64,000 nucleotides of DNA from Octopus bimaculoides (lineage: Eukaryota). Shown piece after piece: positions 27,460 to 39,256 of the stretch (position 1 is the first letter of the stretch; the number at the start of each line of letters is the position of its first letter). The notes under the pieces were generated by a model. That model worked only from the letters and a program-made list of their open reading frames with translations. It was not told the DNA's origin and searched no databases. The DNA lies in NCBI RefSeq assembly GCF_001194135.2, contig NC_068981.1:88927680-88991679 (forward strand). Reading direction: 5' to 3'. A program made the translations under genes and the position numbers.

Positions 27460-27712
27460 AGATAAAAGTAGCTATCAAAAATTGATCAAAGTGTGCAGTC
27501 ACTATATGTGTAAACTGTTTCCCTTCATATTGTTATAATTACAAAGGACAAACATTTTTAGCATTAGTTCATATTACTTATTTTTGTATAGCTAATTTTT
27601 CCCTTTCAAAATAAAAATATCTTTTTTTGCTTTGAAAAATAAACTGTTCATGATTACGTATAGTTCTTCATTTATCCCTATAGAGTAAGTAGTTTTGAAT
27701 ACCAAAATTAGA

Positions 27713-27779
27713 GATTGCATTTTGAGATACACTAGGGTTATTGCAACTGTAACATCCCAGTGATCTCATATGAGATCAC
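27713..27779. repeat. piggyBac subterminal repeats at the 3' side (inverted pair including a perfect 20-bp palindrome)
   Basis: gattgcattttgagatacactaggg (27713-27737) and gtgatctcatatgagatcac (27760-27779), same motif as 24174-24195; no right TIR/TTAA found downstream. Confidence 0.75.
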
Positions 27780-28689
27780 CCAATATCTCGCTTATTTCTA
27801 TTTAAAATGTTATTTTGATCATTCCAAGGTGTTTCTAAAGCTGTTTTATGCTAGAAATCAAAGTTTCATATAAAAATTCCAGTTAATACATCTAAGCATT
27901 TCGCCCGGCGTCCTAACGTTTCTGCCAGCTCACCACCTTCTTGTTTGTGTATATATGGCTTAATGGTACAGAGTGTTTGGCAACTGTGAATAAGGTGCTA
28001 GTTTCGAGTATTGGTCGGTAACTTATTTTCTCCTCGTCTTCTAATAGTAATTACCTAACTTTCTAGGCTCTTCTGTCATCGTGCGTTCAAAAATTATGCG
28101 GGTATTTTTAAAATTTTCATTCAATAAATAATAAATTACGTATAGATTAATAAAATAAGAAATAATAAGTTACGTATACATTAATAGAATAAACCGTCGG
28201 TTTTTCAAATAGCAAATGAGAACATAAAAGAGAAAGGGAAAGACTTTGCAAATGAGAATGGAATACTCCGCAGTGAATGCAATGAATATTTGAATTTGCG
28301 AGAAACTGGAGTCAGAAAAATTCAAGATACTTGTGAAATCGAAATTATAGTAAATTTCTTAGAACATACGTTTATAAAATATTTCCAGATGGTCAACCCT
28401 TTAAAAATTGCTTTCTTTTAGTACTTTTAATTATTGTTACATACTTAATTAATAAGTAGCTTTCTCCATTATAGTATAGATATATATGGAGGCACAGTAG
28501 AGTGCGACAGCCAGCTAAAATCAAGCTCAGTAGTGGACTTCTGAATCGTCTCCACTATCCAGTATTGTAAGACGCACAGAGAAAATTCAGGATAGGCCAC
28601 AGTTACGAGTCAAATAATGGAAAAAATAATAAGCTCTGTAATGCTTTGAATACCACCCCTGTTTTCTGCTTAATATTTTCTCTCCAAAT

Positions 28690-28950
28690 ATTTCATCCGT
28701 CTATACGTTCTCAATTTGAATTCCGCCGTGGTCGACTTTGCCTTTCATCCTTTCGGAGTCTATAAAATCAGTACCTGTTGAGCATTGGTGTCAATGTAAC
28801 CGACTTACCCCTTCTTCAGAAATTGCTGGCAATGTGCCAACATTTGAAACCAGTCTCTTCTCTCCACCTAAGGCGGCGATCCGGCAGAATCGTTAGCTCG
28901 TTAGAAAAAATGGTTAGCGAGATTTCGTTCATCTTAACGTTGAGTTCAAC
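28690..28950 (+). mobile_element. Two tandem SINE family A pieces
   Basis: aattccgccgtggtcgactttgcctttcatcc..gtgccaacatttgaaacc, then a new head aaggcggcgatccggcagaatcgttagc. Confidence 0.8.
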
Positions 28951-29440
28951 TTTGTCTTTCGTCCTTTTGAAGTGGATAAAACAAGTATCATATCAGTACT
29001 GCGATCGATGTAATGGACTAGCCTCCTCCTCATACATTTCAGCCCATGTGCCTAAAATAGAAAAGATTTTCTCTCTGTCTCTCTGTCTGTCTCTGTCTCT
29101 ATCTATCTGTCTGTCTGTCTGTTTCTCTTCCTCTCTCTGTAAGACGGGAATCTGGCAGAATCGTTAGGAATTTGACAGAAGCATGAACATAGACATGTGC
29201 ATAATTCCAGAAGACTAACGACTAGGGAATAAGGTGTATAAATTAATGAGCAAATGATGATATATAACTCTGTATGTAAGTGAACGACTTGAACATAGAT
29301 TTGCTACGATTATGCAAAAACTCGTTGCGGTAGAGAAATTAGAATTTATCATATTTATTCATTTCTTATTGATTGTGCTTCAATTGAGAGTCTAAAACTG
29401 TTTCGTAGTTAGAAAGCGCGACCTGTCAAAAAATTAATAT

Positions 29441-29566
<126 letters not shown>

Positions 29567-30139
29567 ATGGCTTTCTTCGATTTTTCATATTAATAATTTT
29601 CATATATTTGAATCATATTCGAATATGACTTGCAGTCATAATTATACACTTGCAATTTCCAGAGCAAATATACAAATACAAAAGCTGAAGTGGAAGAGAA
29701 GCTTTTAAAAAAATATATCAATCTAGAATTTGAAATATGAGTTCAGTAGCCTGAACATGTTATATAACCTTTTTGCTGCGTTTATTACTCAAAATAGATA
29801 AAAATGTATATATATGTATATAAATGTGATATTCATAATATCGATTCTATTTCTGATCGAAATGACGTAAAATAAATAAAAATAAATATAATTAAAATGA
29901 GATAGAAAAAAAATATTAACAATTTGTCCTGTTTAATCTTGCAGTTATTAAAAATAGCATCAGCCCTCCTGGCTTTAAATCTTTCCGCACAATTGTTAAT
30001 CTATCACATTTAAAGGCAATTCGTATAACAATAAAAAAAAATTAACGCTATTACCAACACTACTACCACTGCTTATGTCAGAAACGCCGCCACCAACAGA
30101 ACCACCATCACTACTACAACTACTAGAACTACTTCTTTC

Positions 30140-30320
30140 TACTATAGGCACAAGACCTGACATTTTTACAGGACTTTGTTGGGCGGTTACATCGTCTCTA
30201 GTGCACGACCGATAATCATTTTATGGACCCCGAAAGGTAAAGTTGACCTCGGAGAGATTTAAACTCAGAACGGAAGGACAGACGAAGTACCATCCAGTCC
30301 TGACGATTTGTTCATCGCAT
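30140..30320 (-). mobile_element. SINE family A (diverged)
   Basis: ctataggcacaagacctga..gaccccgaaagg..gacctcgg..atttaaactcagaacg. Confidence 0.75.
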
Positions 30321-30514
30321 CTCATACACAACTACTGCTACTTCATCTACTGAAATTACTGTTTGGTAGTACACTGCGTTGTGGCCTGAGGATTGCGGGA
30401 GACCGTCTAGGTAGATATCGAAGTTCACTTTCTTCAGTCCGTCGCTCCACGCAAATCGCAAACAGTTTTAATATAACAGTTTTAACATAACGCACAAATC
30501 TATTTGGAATCGTA

Positions 30515-30573
30515 CAGCCGTTGTTCCCTAAACAACGCAGCCGTTGTTCCCTAAACAACGCAGCCGTTGTTCC
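30515..30573 (+). repeat. 23-bp tandem repeat (2.5 units), each unit a 7-bp hairpin
   Basis: cagccgttgttccctaaacaacg x2 plus cagccgttgttccc; cgttgtt/aacaacg stem. Confidence 0.9.
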
Positions 30574-30879
30574 CAAAATAGCGAAGTGCGCCGCTGTTGT
30601 TACGTCACTTTTACCACATTTGAATACTTAACGGCCTTTGCTCCTTTCCATACTCCTTAACATGAGCAATACATCGTTTGGACAACCTAATTCATGTGAT
30701 ATGTTATCTCCTTGAGTCTTCTAATTGCCCGTCTAGCTCCTCTAATTTACTATTGTATATTACTAGATTTTTTTTCTAAAGCGGACTGGTCTGTAATTTT
30801 CGTATTATTGAGCAGATCTAATCGACTATAGAGATTGTGGTCATTGCCGCTGTTAGAAATCATTATCATTGAAATTTCA

Positions 30880-31070
30880 GGACAGCGAACTGGCAGAAAC
30901 GAAAGAGCATCGGAGAAATATGCTTTGCGATATTTGTTTTGCTGAGGTCAGCGTTGCCTTTCCTCTCCCCGGGGTCGATAAATGGAAGTACCAGTAAAGT
31001 TCTGCTGTCCATAGTATCGGCTGTAACACTTCCTCCCAAATTTTCTGGCCTTGTGTCTAAGAAAAGAAAA
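30880..31070 (+). mobile_element. SINE family A (diverged)
   Basis: gacagcgaactggcagaaac..gctgaggtcagcgttgcctttc..ggggtcgataaa..gtaccag..ggccttgtgtcta. Confidence 0.75.
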
Positions 31071-31480
31071 TGTTACACTGAAGAAATTTCAACAATTGTA
31101 TGTTTATTGTACTGGATGTAATATATGTAAGGAACACGTTCCCACACACAATCAATATTTTAAAATGTATTTCATTAAAAAAATCAATTTGCTCTTATCA
31201 TTTTAAATTTATATGTTGTTTCAGAACCAAAGAGTTACGATTAATTTTTGATGTAATTTCAAAATATTCCTCCGATAACCAGAAAAATATAATTGAAAAT
31301 ATATTTTATTTAAACGTATTTCGTTCTTCTCATAAAAAAAAAAAAAATCGTTGATATCAAGCTTCGATGTATTTCTGTTATATTTCTTTTCCATGAATAC
31401 GTATTGCTACGTACAATTTTCAACGATTATGTCATTCGAAAAATATGCTTTTCAACGAACGATCTTCACTGAAAGCGCTT

Positions 31481-31540
<60 letters not shown>

Positions 31541-31634
31541 GGTAGATATCGATCTACTATCCATCTGTCTATCTGTTTGTCTGTCTGTCTGTCTGTTTGC
31601 CTGTGTCCCTCCTTCCCTATCTCTCTCTCTACAT

Positions 31635-31701
<67 letters not shown>

Positions 31702-32492
31702 CATATACCCGCATTTTCATGTCAGATCAGAGATGTGATATGTTACAGGTAGGCATAAAAGCCAATTCAACTTTTGCATTGTCAAGACCTTAATGACCAT
31801 ACCGGTATCAAGGTAGGCTTTTAGACAAATCTCAAGATGAAAAACAAGACCTGTGGAAAGAAGGCTGAATTCACGTGGGCCAACGTTCAACAGCGCGTAT
31901 ATTTGTGTATATGTGTATAATGTGTATTTACATGTAGATGTAGGTACACAAACGAGAAGTTAATTTTTACTTGAAATCTATAGAGTTTGCAGTCTTTGGT
32001 CAATATGGTATTTCTCTGCTTGCTGTCAGTTTATCAACATCAACTATCTAAATAGTATCACTCATAGTGCACAATCGTTTACCACTAAAAATTTTATGTA
32101 GAAATACTTCTTTTCAAGTGTAAGTCAATTATGGGACTTCTTGGATCCCCAAACAGTCGCTGGATATTTTATTAAGACGGTCGGGATATAAGATGCCTCT
32201 CCGACAATGAAAAAAACCCACTAGTTTCGTAGTTTCCCCGGTCGTGAGTCCATGGAAATTACTATTCCCTACTTTTCTACACAGTTGCCTCCTATGTTGA
32301 TATCTCATTAATATCTAAGGGACAAAATCTTGGGGATGTCACGCTGTTAAATATTTTCATGAAGGGAATAACAAGACATGTTATATATATATATGTATAT
32401 ATATGCATGTACGTACATATAAATATATATATACATACAAACAGACATACACATACACACATACATATTCTCATACATATAGATATAACTCT

Positions 32493-32524
<32 letters not shown>

Positions 32525-32533
32525 TCTATCTAC

Positions 32534-32609
<76 letters not shown>

Positions 32610-32727
32610 TTATCTATCTAGTGTGGACTTATGGACGACGAATTTTTCCACTCTTCAGGGCACTTTCCAAGCACACATTTTATCAACTTTACTATATAAT
32701 ATGTCGTCCTCATTGAAATCTGTTTTA

Positions 32728-32763
<36 letters not shown>

Positions 32764-32789
32764 CACATTGTCAGTGTGAAACTTAGGAT

Positions 32790-32930
32790 TCATGCCTTGT
32801 AGAGAAGTGAACCCAGAAACAGCCGACGAAAGACATCTTTTATGGTGCTATAACTCTCTATAAACATTCGTTTAGAAATCTTATAACACATTTATCCTTA
32901 TTATTTCTCTGAATTTTAAATCCATCTTTA
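32790..32930 (+). mobile_element. Degenerate relative of the 10.2-10.37 kb PLE-like remnant
   Basis: gaaacagcc..agacatc..ctctctataaacattc..ataacac resembles gaaacagctgtaagaccatctctttataaatgttc..attcacac; lies between (TA)n tracts. Confidence 0.35.
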
Positions 32931-33121
32931 TGATTTCTCACCGCCGTCAATGAATCTTACAATTTTAATTTCTAAGTTCCTTAATCTAATATGATTTTTG
33001 ATCGCTGTGTCATCTTTTATTTATTTACACTTTTCACGTATATTTTACCTCATATCATTATTATGCTGATGTAAATCATATTATAGTATTATTATCTAAA
33101 CATTGTGTCTCCTTAAACAAA

Positions 33122-33162
<41 letters not shown>

Positions 33163-33175
33163 GTTGTTTTCTCCG

Positions 33176-33209
<34 letters not shown>

Positions 33210-33489
33210 AGTGTGTGTGTTCAAAAATTTTATGTACCTCAATAACTTCTACGTCTTTCATCCTATTTCTTTAAGATTTTATACACAGCTGCTTCATATC
33301 TCGGACCTGAACGTAGGTTATTTAGATGTTTTAGAAAATATCGATATCGGGGGCTCTAGAGTGATGGGAAACCAACAATAGATAATTCATATTCATTTAC
33401 ATTAATCATTTGTCTTATAATCTGTAAAGTCTTCCATACTTTTTTAATCTTTTGATAAAAGTGAAAGGATGTTGTCTATTTATTTATTC

Positions 33490-33952
33490 CCATTAAGCTC
33501 TGCAGTAATCTTGGGAGCTGTACTTTTGTGATCCTTTCTAACAATCCGCCTAAGAGTCCGACTGTCCTTATCTGAAAGTTTTGGTTTTATTCCGGAGTTT
33601 TGTTTCGACGAGGAGGTTTTTTCTCTCTTTCTCAAAGGAAGTCATTACTTTGGAGACAGTACTTCTTGATACACCAAACCTTTCGACTGTTTTCGTTACT
33701 CTAGCGTCTGCCATACGTGCACCAACAATTTGACCTCTTTGAAAGTCCGACAGATCTGTCATTTTAATGAATTTTAATGACTTTTTTCTGATGATATCTG
33801 CAAAGAAACAGCAATTTCAGCAAAACATATTAGGCAACACTAATAATAAATTTAAAAAACATAAAAATAAACAAGCTTTTGACGGTTTTATAGATATTTT
33901 AAAATTATGATGCTATGATGCTAGGTGTTTCCATTATTTCGTCCAACCCCTG
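33490..33952 (-). mobile_element. Tc1/mariner transposon, left end and truncated transposase HTH region
   Basis: TA|caggggttggacgaaataatggaaacacc terminus; ORF MTDLSDFQRGQIVGARMADARVTKTVERFGVSRSTVSKV.., frameshifted then ..DRDSRTLRRIVRKDHKSTAPKITAEL; right half missing. Confidence 0.9.
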
Positions 33953-35535
33953 TATATATATATATATGTGTGTGTGAGTGTGTGTGTGAGTGTGTGTGTG
34001 TGAGTGTGTGTGTGTGTGTGTGAGCGTGTGCGTGCGTGCGTGCGTGTATGTGTGTGTGTGTATGTGTGTATACTTATACACACACACGAGAGCTGGTGAA
34101 AGAATGATAGGCTGTTTAATTCAACTCAGGAACAAATCATATATGTCGTTTTCACGCATAAACCAAAGACTCACAAACATCCACAAATTGAGACATGCAC
34201 ACACACACGCACGTAGACGCAAGCGCAAACGTATACATGTACATGTACACATTCTGTAAAAACCTTCGGTTGTTTATTTTACCTCGCCTTATTTTTATGC
34301 ACGTAACATACACCTATTTCTACGTATTAACACTTCCATATACAGTTCATTATTTATTTGATCTACAAAAAGTATCCATTAACTAATTAATATATTGCTG
34401 TTACCTCAATTTATTCTAAACATAAAAATCATCGATTCGAAATACTATTCCTATATCATTGATATCGACCAATATCCTGCATTCCAGTAGATATTTTTCT
34501 GTTTAAAAGCCTTTAATCATTGGCTCTTTTTTTTACATCGATTGAATAGTTCGCTTATAATTTGATTCTGATGTCGCGTGAGATACACTGAGAGTACAAA
34601 ATTAGTGTCATCGATTAAAGTTTGCATATTTTTGTGGGTTATTTTACATATACATTTGTTTTGTATTTCTTTTTTTTGCTATTAATGAATCCACCACTAC
34701 TACCACTACATCTAATTAGTTACTTTCAACTGTGAGATGCAGCTTTAAAAAGCAACTTATTAAGCATTGATTTCTTTGAACTTTGATTGCAGTTTCAAGT
34801 TACTGACATACCCCAGTAACCTTACTCGTGGAATATTTTACTTTCTCAGATAACAAAAAGAATTGCATAACGTTACAATTTAGAATTTAGCTTAATACGG
34901 CACAAGAATGTCTAAGGAGTCTATCCGATATTTAAGTAATGGGGTTTTGTTACATGCCGCGTATCTAACTTTCATTGTTAAAAGTGGTAGATGGAGTGTA
35001 AAATCAATGATCTTTACTAAGTACCAACAAGCTGAGCCGGTAAGAATTATTTCATCCTCAAATAGTATTTGTATTTTAAATATATATCAAGTAATACGAA
35101 TACCATTGCTTTTAGATAAACGACTTAATATTCGTACGCTTATTCAGGAGCTCTATATAAAGATATATAAGCTATTCCTAATTTGGGTTCACAAGCCAGG
35201 TCGAGTCTCATGCGTTACCTAATTACTTACTAAACATGTACAGCTACTGTAATTATGAGGGACACGAATTGCGAGGTTTTTAATTTCCGTCTTTATAGAA
35301 AGTAAAATAATCTATTTTCTTCCGTAAACCATGCAGGTTTTTTTTTGTATTTGTGAATTCAAAGAATTGGCTATAGCAATTAAAACACATTCACTTATCT
35401 AGCTGAAATGTTAAACAAAGGAAACGAACTTCAGCAGACATGTCTCATATTTCTACCGATGCTGCTGCTAGTGAGTCAAACGAAAGATCTCTCATAATAA
35501 ACTGAGGCCTTATACTATAAACAAATCATGGAGAT

Positions 35536-35715
35536 GCAGGAGTGACTGTGTGGTAAAAAAAATTGATTACCTCTACACGGTTCTGGGTTCAGTGTCACTG
35601 CGGGACACCTTGGGCAAGTTTTTTTTACTATCGCCTCGGGTCGACCAAACCCTTGTCACTCAATATGGCAGACGGAAATTGAAAGCTTTCCATCGTACAC
35701 ACGCATATGTATGTG

Positions 35716-35750
<35 letters not shown>

Positions 35751-35892
35751 GAGAGCAAGTTTTGTGTTTGACATCTTCACAGCTTAGCGACCGGAGTTAG
35801 TTTGTTTATGTCTTCATTCATTCACCTAAAACCCTTTAAGACGGTGGCCCAGCACGACCACAGTCCAAAGACTGAAGCAAGTAAGAGAATAT
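35536..35892 (+). mobile_element. SINE family B (diverged)
   Basis: ctgtgtggtaa..ttctgggttcagtgtcactgcgggacaccttgggcaag..cctcgggtcgaccaaa..ggcccagcacgaccacagtccaaagactgaagcaagtaa. Confidence 0.82.
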
Positions 35893-35898
35893 CTATCA

Positions 35899-35947
<49 letters not shown>

Positions 35948-35948
35948 A

Positions 35949-35999
<51 letters not shown>

Positions 36000-36621
36000 C
36001 GTTATGAGCATGTGTGTAGATATATGTACATTTGTATGTATGAACGTATGTATATGTAATCTAATATCATTACAATCTCTGTATGGCAATCAATTGAATT
36101 TACACTATAGACTATGTACTTATTGAAATTAAGAAATATAGTGTTTAATCAAGGCTTTATCTGATTGCTTATTGACTTATGATATTCCTATTCCCGTTAT
36201 TATGGCACAAGTGACTTGTCATTAGTACTGCATATTCTTCCAGCTCCAGTCTCTTCGTACGGTAATTGTGCACCACAGAAAGGTGATATGGGGATGGAGG
36301 CTTTCAGTGCCATTCTGTGAATGCTGTTTGTTAAGGCTCTTGTTTAGGAATGAATATATCCTGTTAGGAAAAATATCAAAACATTGACACCATCAACCCA
36401 TCTACAAGAGATACATTAACGTTGTTTTATTGATTAATACTATATATACAGACATGACTCATCAGCAACTATATAGTATTATCATAACTGTGGAAACGAA
36501 ATATAACGATGGCTGAGCTCGAGCCGACTTTTTAAAGCATATTACAATGAAATGGCTCTTCCAAGATATTTACATATTGATCTTTTGTTAAACAATAATG
36601 TAGTCACCCAAATCCTCATAT

Positions 36622-36682
<61 letters not shown>

Positions 36683-36789
36683 NNNNNNNNNNNNNNNNNN
36701 NNNNNNNNNNNNNNNNNNNNNNNNNNNNNNNNNNNNNNNNNNNNNNNNNNNNNNNNATATGTGTGTGTGTATTTGCGTGTGTATGTATG

Positions 36790-36840
<51 letters not shown>

Positions 36841-38067
36841 ATATCGGTGTATCAGAATCTAGATTCAATTATCTTTAATGTTTTTGGATTTTTTTCTAAT
36901 AAAATATTGCTTAAATCATTTAATGTATGTTGAAAAGTATGCAATTGGAGCAACTGTAGTTCGTTAGTATCATGCTGTATTGTCTGTTTTATTTTGCCAA
37001 TCTCTATTCAAATGCATATAAAGCCAACTTTATTTTTCTTTACCATGCTTGCAATAAGAAATGTAATGTGAATACATTAGGATATGTTCCCCACTCTACT
37101 AATTCGTCGCCTTCGGCTTTTGTTAGAAAGAAAGATTTATACATATTCAAAGCGATTATTTTCAATCAACTCTTGAAGCAGAGAAACATTACTCGTGCTT
37201 ACAGCCATCTTGGAAAAGACGTGAACGTTACACGAGCTAACATATCAGTCTCTGTATGTTTATTCAACCCATTAGTAAAAGCATCCTAAACCACATTCGA
37301 ATTATGCCCTAAAGTCTTACAAATAAAATAACATATTAGATAATGTATTCTTTTGTTAAAAAATGAAAGAATAAGCACCACGGGAGTCTTTGATTATAGG
37401 TCTAGTCCAGTAATTCATAACATTTTTCACTACTAAGAAGTTTTATCTAAGCGAATTTTGCTGCAGTCCCTAAGATTTTGCATTGTCTGTCAACTGAATA
37501 TGTCTATTAAATACGTATAAACTTGTAGTTCCAATTGTAACTGTACATTTTACACTGCAACTTTTAAGATTTTGAACACAGCTCACTGGTCCGCTGTACT
37601 ACAATTGTAACTTTAGTGATCCGCAAATGACAGGATGGGAAACTGTTTTAATCGATAAGGGCTAAACAAGGAGTAAAATCTCAAAAACAACAACAACAAC
37701 AGCTGCAGCGGAAGCAGCATCAACTGCAGCTACACGATCCTGACAATTTGCTTTCTATTCGTCGTCCATGTTCATTTATGAAAGGCAGCTTGGATGTTAG
37801 CTTTCTACGTCGTTAAAATTTTTATCTCAATTCGTCTCATCTCTACGGAAGTTCGCACATTGTAAAACAAACCTCATTCAAATTGATCATATTAAATTCA
37901 GTTTTTCTCGCTAGAAAATACTACCAACCCCTGTGTGTATAGAGGTCGGATCAATATTTATAAAACCGTGCATTTGCCTTGTTCGCATGTAACTGTCCAA
38001 AGCCCTATAGATTACATTTATAGTACGGTGGAAGTGTTACGTCATAGCAGTTGTTAAAGGGAGATAC

Positions 38068-38234
38068 ATATTTTCTTGATTCTTTTCTTTGAGTCAACTA
38101 CAGCTGAATGGAGTAATTTTCCAAATGAATAGAACAATAAAGTGAATGAAGCTTGTTGAATTTGATCTTTTTTCAATGGCTTCAGCAGGTCCCGTAAAAA
38201 TGGAAGGAGAACGTCAATTAAATTCTTTTTTTCA
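38068..38234 (-). CDS. Candidate exon (EKKNLIDVLLPFLRDLLKPLKKDQIQQASFTLLFYSFGKLLHSAVVDSKKRIKKI)
   Basis: Acceptor gtgtttatcctcag, 55 open codons, helical-looking peptide, weak donor gtatct or in-frame TAA at 38054-38056. Confidence 0.25.
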
Positions 38235-38242
38235 CTGAGGAT

Positions 38243-38284
<42 letters not shown>

Positions 38285-39221
38285 ACACACACACACAAGT
38301 TTTATGATGAGTTAAGAGTTTGTGTATGTATAACAAAGATACATTTAATAGAATGATTAAAATTCAGAAATGTGTTATGTATTTTATGTTTTAAAGGCTT
38401 TACATTATAGAAGTTTTTCCAAAATTCACAAAGTATTATGGAAATTAATTTTCCGGACTGTCTTTATGCCTTGTAACTTTATTGCTATTTATTATGCCAC
38501 TGACAAAACAGTCCTACAAAAATGAATTAAGTTTCACCATCCATCGATGCATTATATTTGTGGTTATGCGGGTGACATGTATATAGTCACATAAATATAA
38601 TATCGGACTGTTTAGAGTCGAAGTCGAACATAAGAAAAAAAAATGCACTAGTTTACATAAAATATCAGAGATTTTGCACACAAAGAAGTTGGTATGTGTT
38701 CGAAAGCGGAAAGACAAAAATAATTTCATACGTGCATTTTAAAGCAGTTTCATGTCATGCCAAGTAACGAGAAGCGGAGATGTGATGAATGGAGATTACA
38801 ATGAACTCGGTCACTAAGAGAGGTAGACTGATAAAACTGACAGCATTGAGTCTGCCTCATAGTTCTAGTTCATGCAGAAACATAGAGGCAAGCAGAAATC
38901 AAATCGTTTGAAACATCATGTCGACAAAAAAAAAAAAAAAAAAGTCAGCAAAAAATTAGTTTTACAGTAAAATTTTCTCATCAATATTTACAATAATTAA
39001 TCTAAAATAATTAAAGAAACACAATTTAATGCCTTTTAAAATAAATTATCGAATGTTCCTTTATATTGCTACAGATAACCTAATCTAAAGATAAATTACC
39101 TTCGTACGTATTTAATTAATTTTCATTAGGTGTCTTTTCTCATCATTCTATTGCTTTTGTTTTCTCTGTTTGCGTCGCTTTTAGGGGAAAGGTTGCTGAA
39201 ATGGCTTAAGTTTAGATTTTA

Positions 39222-39256
<35 letters not shown>

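Noticed and set aside
30515-30573. CRISPR-like palindromic direct repeats
   Set aside because: The units are contiguous with no spacers, there are only 2.5 copies, no cas genes are present and the context is eukaryotic.
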